Below are positions 19,614 to 27,996 of a stretch of 38,245 nucleotides of DNA, piece after piece. Source of the stretch: a virus; the IMG/VR virus record IMGVR_UViG_3300033407_000062, positions 1-38,245 of that record; one strand, 5' to 3'. A model generated the notes under the pieces. It did not search any database. It saw nothing but the letters and a program-made list of their open reading frames with translations, and was not told where the DNA came from. The translations under genes and the position numbers were made by a program. Position 1 is the stretch's first letter, and the number at the start of each line of letters is the position of its first letter.

Positions 19614-21698
19614 ATGTTAGACCCCGACTTCCTTGACACACTCCCAGCCGAAGCCGTCGAGCTTTATCAGGAATTTGCCGACGGCGTGATCTCCGACCTT
19701 GCGCGTCGAATAGGTAATATGTCCTATTCATCCGCAGGCTGGCAGGCGCAGCGGTTACAGGAAGCGGGGCTTGCCTATCAGGACATCATCAAGCGCGTCG
19801 CACAACTGACAGGAAAATCAGAGGCGGCCATTCGGGGGATTTTCTACCGCGCGGGCGTCCGCTCCATGAGGTTCGACGAAAAGATATACAAGGCGGTGGG
19901 CATTGACCTGCCGCTCACGCTATCCCCCGCGATGCAGGACGTGCTGAATATAGGCATTCTCAAAACGAACGGGATACTCAAGAACCTGACACTCACGACC
20001 GCGCTATCAGGGCAACAGGAGTTCATTCGCGCCAGTGACATTGCCTATCTCGAGGTGACCAGCGGGACACGCGATTACAACAGCGCGATAAAAAAGGCGG
20101 TCACGAGCCTGGCGGATCGCGGGATCACATCCGTCAATTATCAAAGCGGCCACACGGATCAGATCGACGTAGCCGTGCGTAGAAACGTGCTAACAGGCAC
20201 GCAACAGACAGCGGGCGCGTTACAGCAGCAGCGCATGGATGAAGTCGGCGTTAATCTGGTCGCCGTGTCCGCTCATGCGGGAGCGCGTCCGTCACATCAG
20301 TTATGGCAGGGTAAGGTTTATTCCAGAACAGGCAGGCAGGGAAAATATAAAGACTTCGTAACTGAAACAGGCTACGGGACGGGACCAGGGCTTGGAGGTT
20401 GGAACTGTGTCATCGGCGATACCATGGTTTCAAGCCTTGCTAAACGTGCCGCTTACCGCCGTGAGTATTCCGGTGAGTTGATCGTCATTCACACCGCCGC
20501 AGGCAAGGAGCTTACCGTCACTCCGTATCACCCAATACTCACCGACCATGGATGGGTCGCGGCGAAGTTTCTTGACCATGGAGATTATGTAATCTGCCGC
20601 CCCGCGCTCGATGGGTCTTTTGAATCCAGCCCAGACGTAGACCAAAGCGAATCCAGAATTGAGGATGTATTTGATTCTCTTTCTGTAAGCGGGGCGATCT
20701 TCGACCTTCCTATTTCGTCCGGTAACTTCCACGGCGAGATTCCCGATGGCAAAGTCAACGTTGTATTTTCCGATGGCTTTTTGAGGGATGGCGTCGATCC
20801 CGTGATCGAGCAGGAGTTGGAAGAGGTCGGCTTCGGCTTTCCCGCGCGTTTTTCCAGTACGCTCATTTCCGAGCGCGCGCTTCCTAAGATCGTTGTACGT
20901 TCTCTTCATGCCTCTGACCGCATCGTGAGCGGCTTCGGTGAGGTCGATTCTCTCGTCGGCAGTCATTCTAGCGAGCCTGTTGACCATGGCTTCAGACCTA
21001 TCTTCGGCGATAGGTACTCCGAGTTTGTCGAGATACCTTCCGACAGCCCCCTCAGATATTCCAGTTTTGAAAGCGATTTCGTTCTTCCACATACCAGATT
21101 TATACATTTCAATCAAATCATCAGGGGTAACATTGAAGCGCCTTTTGATATATCCTTTCCAGTCATTTCCAGTGTAGACCCCGTTACGACGCAAGCAGTT
21201 TTGGATCGCATGAACAGAACAGCGATTCTTATCCGCGATGAATTGCAGGGTGTGGTTAGAGAGGTAGAGCTTGACTACATTGTCAGTATCGAGCGGAAGC
21301 CTTTTACGGGTCATGTTTATAATCTCCACACAGAAGGTGAATGGTATTCTGCAAATGGGATTATAACGCATAACTGCCGACATTCTCAATATCCATTCTA
21401 CGAGGGCATATCTGAGAACGTCTACAATCAGGAGATGCGCGAACAACTGGCTAATAAAACCGTCACGCTGAACGGCGTCGAGATGTCGCAGTACGATGCG
21501 TCACAGGTGCAGCGCGGTCTGGAGCGTAAAATAAGATTTTGGAAGCGGCGCAAGATAGCCATCGACGCGACAGGCTTGGACATAGACACATCCGTAGAGA
21601 CTACCAAAATACGTTATTATCAGAGTCAATTACGCGAATTTGTAAGGCAGACAAAACTTCCCCGCCAGAATGTGCGCGAGCAGGTTGTTGGCCAGTGA
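19614..21698 (+). CDS. head-morphogenesis / minor capsid protein (MuF, SPP1 gp7-like) interrupted by a 323-aa intein
   Basis: The exteins join as ..GPGLGGWN|CRHSQYPF.., a typical MuF conserved core. Intein blocks A, B, F and G are recognised (see the 20406-21374 feature). Confidence 0.8.
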   Translation: MLDPDFLDTLPAEAVELYQEFADGVISDLARRIGNMSYSSAGWQAQRLQEAGLAYQDIIKRVAQLTGKSEAAIRGIFYRAGVRSMRFDEKIYKAVGIDLPLTLSPAMQDVLNIGILKTNGILKNLTLTTALSGQQEFIRASDIAYLEVTSGTRDYNSAIKKAVTSLADRGITSVNYQSGHTDQIDVAVRRNVLTGTQQTAGALQQQRMDEVGVNLVAVSAHAGARPSHQLWQGKVYSRTGRQGKYKDFVTETGYGTGPGLGGWNCVIGDTMVSSLAKRAAYRREYSGELIVIHTAAGKELTVTPYHPILTDHGWVAAKFLDHGDYVICRPALDGSFESSPDVDQSESRIEDVFDSLSVSGAIFDLPISSGNFHGEIPDGKVNVVFSDGFLRDGVDPVIEQELEEVGFGFPARFSSTLISERALPKIVVRSLHASDRIVSGFGEVDSLVGSHSSEPVDHGFRPIFGDRYSEFVEIPSDSPLRYSSFESDFVLPHTRFIHFNQIIRGNIEAPFDISFPVISSVDPVTTQAVLDRMNRTAILIRDELQGVVREVELDYIVSIERKPFTGHVYNLHTEGEWYSANGIITHNCRHSQYPFYEGISENVYNQEMREQLANKTVTLNGVEMSQYDASQVQRGLERKIRFWKRRKIAIDATGLDIDTSVETTKIRYYQSQLREFVRQTKLPRQNVREQVVGQ
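20406..21374 (+). mobile_element. class-1 intein (Cys1 ... His-Asn, +1 Cys) with no recognisable in-frame endonuclease domain
   Basis: CVIGDTMV (block A), TVTPYHPILTDHGWVAAKFLDHGDYV (block B), GHVYNLHTEGEWYSANGIITHN followed by C (blocks F/G). Confidence 0.8.
20430..21314 (-). CDS. antisense homing-endonuclease-like gene inside the intein: two HTH-like repeats plus a DUF559/Vsr-like PD-(D/E)XK domain
   Basis: GGAG lies 9 nt before ATG 21314. Contains ..NEIAFKTGISEGAVGRYLDKLG.. and ..QKAIGKYNVDFAIGNLAVEVTGRNRKVEDRPAYRKRIKYILNSGFALVYVW.. Confidence 0.7.
   Translation of the reverse strand: MTRKRLPLDTDNVVKLYLSNHTLQFIADKNRCSVHAIQNCLRRNGVYTGNDWKGYIKRRFNVTPDDLIEMYKSGMWKNEIAFKTGISEGAVGRYLDKLGVPIAEDRSEAMVNRLARMTADERIDLTEAAHDAVRGMKRTYNDLRKRALGNERTGKTRGKAEADLFQLLLDHGIDAIPQKAIGKYNVDFAIGNLAVEVTGRNRKVEDRPAYRKRIKYILNSGFALVYVWAGFKRPIERGAADYIISMVKKLRRDPSMVGEYWVIRSDGKLLACGGVNDDQLTGILTAVSGTFSKA
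21360..21389 (-). promoter_or_regulatory. sigma70-like promoter for the antisense endonuclease gene (-35 TTGAGA, 18 nt, -10 TATAAT)
   Basis: Reverse complement of 21384-21389 and 21360-21365. It overlaps the intein C-terminal splice-junction codons. Confidence 0.5.
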
Positions 21699-22657
21699 CA
21701 TCATTACGGATATTGATATTCTCGAACGATGACGAAATTCTACAATTCGTTAAAGATGTCCTGCTCGATACAGGGTTCGATTCAATACTCAAGAGGGTGG
21801 AGGCTGATGTAGAGTTGGTCGCCTCTCTGAACGCCGAAGGCTGGGATCTGGTTCTGATCGACGCCTACCTGAACGGAAGCACAACGCCCGAGGAGATCAT
21901 CACGGTACTGAATGACCGCGAGCAGGAAGTCCCTTATCTGGTAATGTACGGGATGATTCGGGACATGACCGCGCTGCAGCTATTGCAGGTGAGTAATATA
22001 AATTATGTGTCGAAGGAAAACATCGCCTCATTGGGGCTGTCCATTAAAAAGGAACTGACAGCGGCGGGGGACAGGATGCGGGAGCGGATCGACCTCGAAC
22101 AGGCTACACTCCTTATTATTCAGGCGTTCGGTACCGCGCTGGAATTACGCGACCATGAAACGCGCGGGCATACGTTACGGGTCACGAAGCTGGCGATCCA
22201 ACTGGCGCGGGCTGTCGGATACCCTCGTCAAGGACTGCTCAATTTACATTGGGGAGCGCTCCTGCATGACATCGGCAAGATCGGCGTCCCTGACAATATC
22301 CTGCTGAAAGAGGGGGCATTGGATGACAAGGAACGACAGATAATAAGGTCCCATCCTGGACTAGCCTACAACCTGCTCTCGCCCATCCCATCATTGACCA
22401 AAGACATCAATATTCCATTCTGCCATCATGAGAAATGGGACGGGACAGGCTACCCGCGAAAGCTAAAGGGAAAGGCGATCCCGCTGGAAGCTAGGATATT
22501 CTCCATCGTGGATGTCTACGACGCCTTGACCAGCGACCGGCCTTATCGGGATGCGTGGAAAAAGGCGCGCGCGCTTGATTACATAAACGCCGAGCGACGC
22601 TTCTCATTCGACCCTGAGATCGTCCCCGTATTTCTGGATATGATGAAAGTAACCTAA
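21695..22657 (+). CDS. REC-like receiver plus HD-GYP phosphodiesterase (RpfG-like); start uncertain (GTG 21695 in a GTGA overlap is proposed)
   Basis: RILIFSNDDE...WDLVLID...YVSK looks like a receiver domain. HDIGKIGVP and HHEKWDGTGYP are HD-GYP signatures. Confidence 0.75.
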   Translation: MTSLRILIFSNDDEILQFVKDVLLDTGFDSILKRVEADVELVASLNAEGWDLVLIDAYLNGSTTPEEIITVLNDREQEVPYLVMYGMIRDMTALQLLQVSNINYVSKENIASLGLSIKKELTAAGDRMRERIDLEQATLLIIQAFGTALELRDHETRGHTLRVTKLAIQLARAVGYPRQGLLNLHWGALLHDIGKIGVPDNILLKEGALDDKERQIIRSHPGLAYNLLSPIPSLTKDINIPFCHHEKWDGTGYPRKLKGKAIPLEARIFSIVDVYDALTSDRPYRDAWKKARALDYINAERRFSFDPEIVPVFLDMMKVT

Positions 22658-22734
22658 TGCAATGTGGAACGTCTCATATTTGTGGTAGCCTTATGGCATC
22701 CTTTAGTATCGTAGACACATCATTGGAGCCGTTT

Positions 22735-23079
22735 ATGAGTGAGAGTTTATTGGTAGGCATATTGGGAACAGCGGTCGCAATGGTCGGGGCATTATTATCT
22801 TTTCATGCGGGCAGAGCGCTCAACAACGCGAACGCTCATTCGATCAATGCAAAGACGCTCATCGAGTTATCCGACAAGGTGCGTGAACTCACGAGGGAGG
22901 TTATCGAAATTCACAACGAACTGGATGACGTGAAAGATAAGAATCACCTGCTATGGGCGTATGTGTATCAACTGCTGGACGGATACAAAAAGAATGAGAT
23001 CGCTCCGCCCGAACCGCCCGCCGAGCTAAAGGATGACGCGCAAATGAGCAGTCTCTTGAAATGGATCAATGAGAAGTGA
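22735..23079 (+). CDS. hypothetical membrane-anchored coiled-coil protein (114 aa)
   Basis: GGAG lies 6 nt before the internal ATG. TM helix LLVGILGTAVAMVGALLSF. Confidence 0.5.
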   Translation: MSESLLVGILGTAVAMVGALLSFHAGRALNNANAHSINAKTLIELSDKVRELTREVIEIHNELDDVKDKNHLLWAYVYQLLDGYKKNEIAPPEPPAELKDDAQMSSLLKWINEK

Positions 23080-23350
23080 AAGCCACAGGAGCTCCCCTAA
23101 CCGCCCTGATTTCATGGGGACACTAGATGACCTGTGTGGCGTAGTGTAAGGTAGAATAGGCTCATGCCAACCGAACCAGAGATGAACAGAGAGTTTTTAG
23201 CCTTCCTGCAATTCCTTTACAGCCTGTGCAAACAGTATTGCTCGTGGTACGAAACTCACATCAAAAAGGAACGTAATTAATGCTATACTAAAACTAACTA
23301 CAGTGCAGGGCGCACCGCGTCACGCACAACCCTATAAGCAGGACTCATAA

Positions 23351-23400
23351 GAGCCATGCTGAGCGACAGAGAATATCTGTTATCAGCGTGGCTCTTTTTT
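23351..23400 (+). terminator. intrinsic terminator before the scaffold/capsid genes
   Basis: GAGCCATGCTGA...TCAGCGTGGCTC, a 12-bp stem with one G-U pair, followed by T6. Confidence 0.75.
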
Positions 23401-23496
23401 GTTTAGTCAATCGGCTATCCGCGAAGCCTAAAAGGCGCGGGCATCTGACGGAGAAGACCGTCTAAAACAATCTATATGTGAAACGGAGTAAATCAA

Positions 23497-24054
23497 ATGA
23501 ATAAGAAACAATTGACCGACCTGGGTATCGAAGAAGAAGTTGCAGATCAGATCATCGTTTTGCATGGCAAGGACATCGAGAAACACAAAGGCGATATTAC
23601 CACCCTGCAAACCGAACTTGATACCGCCAACGCCAGCTTGACCGAAGCAGGCCAGACCATTGAGAAATTCAAAGGTATGGACATCGACGCGATCAAGCAG
23701 GCCGCCGAAGATTACAAGGTTGAAGCCGAAAAAGCCAAGACCGAAGCGGCGGAGCAGATCCTATCGCTGAAACGCGGTCACGCCCTGGATGAAGCCCTGA
23801 AAGGCTCGTACAAGGTCAAGGACATCAAAGCGGTCAAGGCTTATCTGGATGATGAGAAGATCCAATTCAACGAGAAAGACGGTTCGTTTGTCGGCCTCAA
23901 GGAACAGATCGACCCATTGCTGACAGAAAAAGATTATCTATTCATTGACGAATCCGAAACGCCGAAGATCGTGGATGGCGCTAAATCTAAATCAGTACTA
24001 CCAGATGCTTTCGACGCCGCAATGAAGAAGGGCGCGGGCATCCCAACCGAATAA
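23497..24054 (+). CDS. scaffolding protein
   Basis: Acidic, helical 185-aa ORF directly before the capsid gene, with GGAG RBS. Confidence 0.7.
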   Translation: MNKKQLTDLGIEEEVADQIIVLHGKDIEKHKGDITTLQTELDTANASLTEAGQTIEKFKGMDIDAIKQAAEDYKVEAEKAKTEAAEQILSLKRGHALDEALKGSYKVKDIKAVKAYLDDEKIQFNEKDGSFVGLKEQIDPLLTEKDYLFIDESETPKIVDGAKSKSVLPDAFDAAMKKGAGIPTE

Positions 24055-24066
24055 GGATAAAACAAA

Positions 24067-24963
24067 ATGGCTAACTCCATTACATTAGTAAGTAAGTTTG
24101 TAGCCTTGATCGACACGGTCTACAAGCTGGAAAGCAAGACCGCCATGCTTGACCCGCTCACTCAGACCCCGGACTTCCTGGGCGCGAACGAGATCAAGGT
24201 CATGAAACTGTCCGCCGTAGGTCTTGGTACTTACAGCCGCGTGACAGGCTATCCCGCTGGCAATATCACCGCCGCGTGGGAAACGATGACACTGGCCGCA
24301 GAACGCGGCCGCGAGTTCACACTTGATCGCATGGATAACGAAGAAACTCTCGGCCTGGTGCTTGGTGCGTTAATCCGTGAATGGATGCGCGCCTATGTCG
24401 CGCCCGAACTCGACGCCTATCGATTCGCAAAGTACGCCGCAGGCGCAGGCTTGACCGTCGCCTCCCCCGCGACCCTCTCGACCGCCGCCGCAGTATTGGC
24501 CGCCATCGACGCGGGAAATCTTGCCATGAGCAACCAGGAAGTACCAGAGGAAGGGCGCAAGCTGTTTATCACTTACACCCTGTACGAACTTCTCAAAGCG
24601 TCCCTGACCCGCTCATGGACGAACGATGGCGCAGTAAGCCGCGCGGTTACATCCCTTGAATCGACCCAGGTTATCCCCGTCCCGCAGTCGCGTTTCTATT
24701 CCGCGATTGACCTGGACGCAGGCGCCACGGGCGGCGCGGGTGGTTTCGCCAAATCAGGCGACACCGGCACCGCCGATCTGAACTTTATGATCGTTGCCCC
24801 CTCCGCTGTCTTGCAACCGGTCAAGCTGAACATGGTCAAGTATTTCAGCCCGGACGTTTGGCAGGGTGGTGACTTCCACGCCTGGCAGTACCGCCTGTAT
24901 CATGACGCCTTTGTCTATGACAATAAGGTCAACGGGATCTACACTCACCTCAAAGATAGTTAG
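24067..24963 (+). CDS. major capsid protein
   Basis: 298-aa ORF after the scaffold gene with AAGGA RBS. Call rests on position and size. Confidence 0.7.
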   Translation: MANSITLVSKFVALIDTVYKLESKTAMLDPLTQTPDFLGANEIKVMKLSAVGLGTYSRVTGYPAGNITAAWETMTLAAERGREFTLDRMDNEETLGLVLGALIREWMRAYVAPELDAYRFAKYAAGAGLTVASPATLSTAAAVLAAIDAGNLAMSNQEVPEEGRKLFITYTLYELLKASLTRSWTNDGAVSRAVTSLESTQVIPVPQSRFYSAIDLDAGATGGAGGFAKSGDTGTADLNFMIVAPSAVLQPVKLNMVKYFSPDVWQGGDFHAWQYRLYHDAFVYDNKVNGIYTHLKDS

Positions 24964-24975
24964 TGAGGTGATCTT

Positions 24976-25191
24976 ATGAGACTACGAAAAGATGGAGTTT
25001 CGGTCACCGCTGTTCATCCCGCCGACATCGCCCGCTTCAAAAGTCTTGGCTACGTTGAGGTAGAGGGCGCGAAGCCCTCTACCAGCGCACCCAAGCCAGA
25101 CAAGGACTTCGCGCAGGAACAACAGGACATCGTTGAGGAAGTCATCGAGCCTGAGAAAAAGGCACGCAAGAAACGAGCCGCGAATAAGTAG
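24976..25191 (+). CDS. hypothetical head-associated protein (71 aa)
   Basis: ORF with RBS between the capsid and connector genes. Confidence 0.45.
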   Translation: MRLRKDGVSVTAVHPADIARFKSLGYVEVEGAKPSTSAPKPDKDFAQEQQDIVEEVIEPEKKARKKRAANK

Positions 25192-25201
25192 GTGATGAGT
25201 T

Positions 25202-25582
25202 ATGACCGCGTATGCAGATTACACCTATTATACAGACGAGTATCTAGGCATCCTGATAGCAGAGACAGACTTTCCGCGTCTGTCTCTGCGGGCGTCCGAA
25301 GTCGTTGACCAGATCACCTTCAACGGTGTGGCGGCCATCATCACAGCCGCCACACCCGCCGATCAAGTCCTGCTGATAAAAAATGCTGTCTGCGCAGTTG
25401 CCGAAGAAATGAGCGACATCGAAGCCAATGGCGGTGACGCGGGCATACAGTCCGAGAGTCTTGGCAACCATTCCGTGACCTACGTCCAGGGATCGACCCG
25501 CACGCTAACGCCCGATCAACGCTACGTCTACGCAGCTCGGAAGTATCTTGGTGATACAGGTCTGATGTACAGAGGCTTCTAA
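25202..25582 (+). CDS. head-tail connector/adaptor protein (gp6-like)
   Basis: Position and size within the SPP1/A118-like gene order. Confidence 0.55.
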   Translation: MTAYADYTYYTDEYLGILIAETDFPRLSLRASEVVDQITFNGVAAIITAATPADQVLLIKNAVCAVAEEMSDIEANGGDAGIQSESLGNHSVTYVQGSTRTLTPDQRYVYAARKYLGDTGLMYRGF

Positions 25583-25992
25583 TGCGCACAAACTCCCCCT
25601 GCACGCTCTACAATAAATATATCTCCGCTGGCGCGGAAGTTTATCAGCGCGCGGAGATTTCGGCTGTCAAGTTTGAAAATCGCAAGGCCGCGAATGTCAT
25701 TAAGTCAGGACTCCTCGAAGCCGACGCGGTTGTGATCTATATACCAACAGTGGTTATCAGCGGGTATTATGTGGAGCCTAAAGCATGGCAGGCGCTGGTC
25801 GTCAAGACTGGATTTCTTACCCTGCAACCAGGCGACTACATCGTGCGCGGAGTGGCGACCGAAGTCATATCCCCCACATTCACGATCACCGACCTGAAGG
25901 CGAAATATAACGACGTGGTACGGATCACGACCGTCGACCGCCAGGACGCAGGCTCACCGAGCATGTGGCACTATCAGATCGGAGCGAACTAA
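25582..25992 (+). CDS. head-closure / head-tail joining protein
   Basis: Coupled ORF in the connector block. Confidence 0.5.
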   Translation: MRTNSPCTLYNKYISAGAEVYQRAEISAVKFENRKAANVIKSGLLEADAVVIYIPTVVISGYYVEPKAWQALVVKTGFLTLQPGDYIVRGVATEVISPTFTITDLKAKYNDVVRITTVDRQDAGSPSMWHYQIGAN

Positions 25993-26387
25993 TGGCTGGC
26001 CCCGTTATCAATACCCCGCGCGGGACGATCATCGTCACCGAGAACGGCAAAGCCGAGTTGACGTTCAATCCGAACTTTCGCAGTAAGTGGCAGGGTAATT
26101 ACACCGCCGCTCAAAAGTTCGTAGACTCGGAGATCTTGCGGCTGAGTGAGCCATACACCCCATTATTGACCGGGACGCTCATTGCCAGCGGGATACTCGG
26201 GACGAAGATCGGCAGCGGTGAAGTGTCATGGATCGCACCCTACGCCCGCCGTCAATACTACTCACCGCGCAAAGCAGGCAGTGCCACGGGACCGCAGCGC
26301 GGCCCCCATTGGTTTGAGAGATTCAAAGCTGTGCACGGCAAAGCCGTAATAGCTGGAGCAAGGAGAATAGCGGGAGGCGGTCAATGA
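25992..26387 (+). CDS. minor capsid / tail-completion protein (start MAGPVINTP in a TAATG overlap)
   Basis: Pattern ..EPYTPLLTGTLIASG..WIAPYARRQYY..HWFERFKAVHG.. recalled from minor-capsid families. Confidence 0.5.
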   Translation: MAGPVINTPRGTIIVTENGKAELTFNPNFRSKWQGNYTAAQKFVDSEILRLSEPYTPLLTGTLIASGILGTKIGSGEVSWIAPYARRQYYSPRKAGSATGPQRGPHWFERFKAVHGKAVIAGARRIAGGGQ

Positions 26388-26836
26388 CCCTCATCTCCGC
26401 TGTAAAAACCTTCATGGCGACCTTCCCATCCCTGGAAAGCGGAACGATCGTCCTGACCGACCACATCGGAGCGCAGCCGATCCAGTATTCCATTCAACCC
26501 CTGCCAGGGCAAAGGATCGTCGAGCAATACATCGACGGCGCGACTGTGCGCGAATTTCCGTTCGTGTTTCAGACTGTCAAGTCGACAGCCGATGAACTCG
26601 AGCGGATCGAGACAAGCGGATTTCTTGAGGCGCTGATGGACTGGTTCGAGCAAAAGACGATAGACGGCGAACTGCCGGCGTTGGCGGCGAACCAGACCGC
26701 CCGAACCATTGAAGCCGTTTCGTGGGGTTTTCTCTACGAGCAGGGCGTCAGTGATACGGGCATTTATCAGATCGTCGTTTCGCTCAGATACGGGCAGACA
26801 CCCATTATGGCAACGCCCGAGGATACAGGCGCATGA
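26384..26836 (+). CDS. tail terminator / minor capsid protein
   Basis: Coupled ORF positioned before the tail tube gene. Confidence 0.45.
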   Translation: MTLISAVKTFMATFPSLESGTIVLTDHIGAQPIQYSIQPLPGQRIVEQYIDGATVREFPFVFQTVKSTADELERIETSGFLEALMDWFEQKTIDGELPALAANQTARTIEAVSWGFLYEQGVSDTGIYQIVVSLRYGQTPIMATPEDTGA

Positions 26837-27501
26837 CCAGAATGATCAACGAACTCCACAACAAGAACGAGGGCGAAACCTGCCTGATCGTCGGCAATGC
26901 CCTAAACCTGCGCCTGACGCCGCCCGAACTGTTCGATTATCCATCCATCGGACTCAATACCGTCCACGAGTACGAAGGATGGTCGCCCGATTACTACGCC
27001 GCCGTTGACCTGAGAGTCATGCACGAATTCAAGGACGCGGTCAACAAGAAGATGAAAGACGGCACGATCCTGATACCGTTCCCGAAGTTGAAAGCCTGGA
27101 CGGGTGATAACGTGGTCTACTTCAAGATATCAGGGCCTCCACTGTGGAAGCCTGGGAGCAGAACACTTTGGCAGGATAATATCGAGGGCGGCTTGTCCTA
27201 CTCAAACGGGATGCACGTTGCGATGAAGCTGGCTTGTTATCTTGGATTTACAACCCTGCTTATCATCGGGATGGAGCATGACAAAAATAACAACGCCCGC
27301 AAATTTTGGGGCGTGGATCACGGCATGAATCCCGCCGTACCCGTAGACACATGGATGGAAGGATATAAGCAGTTGTCCGAAGCCATGCGCGCGCGCAATA
27401 TAACGATGCTGAATATCAGCGAAAACACATTCGTACCCGAAGAAATAATAACGCGCGGCGACTGGAGAGACTACGCCCGCACAAAACAAGGAGAAACATA
27501 A
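26833..27501 (+). CDS. DUF115/MptE-like (Maf / sialyltransferase-like) putative glycosyltransferase inside the tail module
   Basis: CLIVGNALNL resembles the (I/V)xGNGPSL motif. SNGMHVAMKLACYLGFTTLLIIGMEHD resembles the second conserved block of that fold. Confidence 0.35.
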   Translation: MTRMINELHNKNEGETCLIVGNALNLRLTPPELFDYPSIGLNTVHEYEGWSPDYYAAVDLRVMHEFKDAVNKKMKDGTILIPFPKLKAWTGDNVVYFKISGPPLWKPGSRTLWQDNIEGGLSYSNGMHVAMKLACYLGFTTLLIIGMEHDKNNNARKFWGVDHGMNPAVPVDTWMEGYKQLSEAMRARNITMLNISENTFVPEEIITRGDWRDYARTKQGET

Positions 27502-27992
27502 TGGCTGAAATAGTTAGAAGTCTGGTCGCTCACTTCCTGGATACGACCCCCAGCGAAACAAGCCCGACATACTCAAAGTTTGGCAGCGGTGTTCTGTCGC
27601 TGAATATGAGCTACAACCCCAACACCGTCACCGAGCAGTATATCGACGAGAACTCAGGGCATACGCTGGTGCAGAATTATGCGCCGACCCTGCCCGTCAC
27701 CCAACGCGCGTTCCCTGGTGATGCGATCTTCGATTTCATCGACGGATTACGCCAGATCCAATCCATCGGCGGAGATGACCTGACCACCGTTGTCGAGGTG
27801 CGCTTGTACGAGACACCCGAAACGGACGGCTTGACATATCCTGCGACTCAATGGGATGTGGCCATTCAATTCGAGAGCGGCCCTGGTGGTGACGGCGGAT
27901 CGAATGCGGAGATCACTTACACGATCAACGTCAAGAGCGATCCCGTCCCTGGAACATTCAACACGTCAACACTGGCGTTCACAGCGGACTAA
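27501..27992 (+). CDS. major tail (tube) protein
   Basis: 163-aa ORF before the chaperone/tape-measure block, followed by a strong hairpin. Confidence 0.65.
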   Translation: MAEIVRSLVAHFLDTTPSETSPTYSKFGSGVLSLNMSYNPNTVTEQYIDENSGHTLVQNYAPTLPVTQRAFPGDAIFDFIDGLRQIQSIGGDDLTTVVEVRLYETPETDGLTYPATQWDVAIQFESGPGGDGGSNAEITYTINVKSDPVPGTFNTSTLAFTAD

Positions 27993-27996
27993 ATAA

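Noticed and set aside
21539-21694. N-terminal 52 codons of the 372-aa ORF preceding the REC-like domain
   Set aside because: They overlap the 3' end of the MuF gene in another frame and are Arg/His-rich. GTG 21695 (GTGA overlap) is proposed instead, but the true start remains uncertain.
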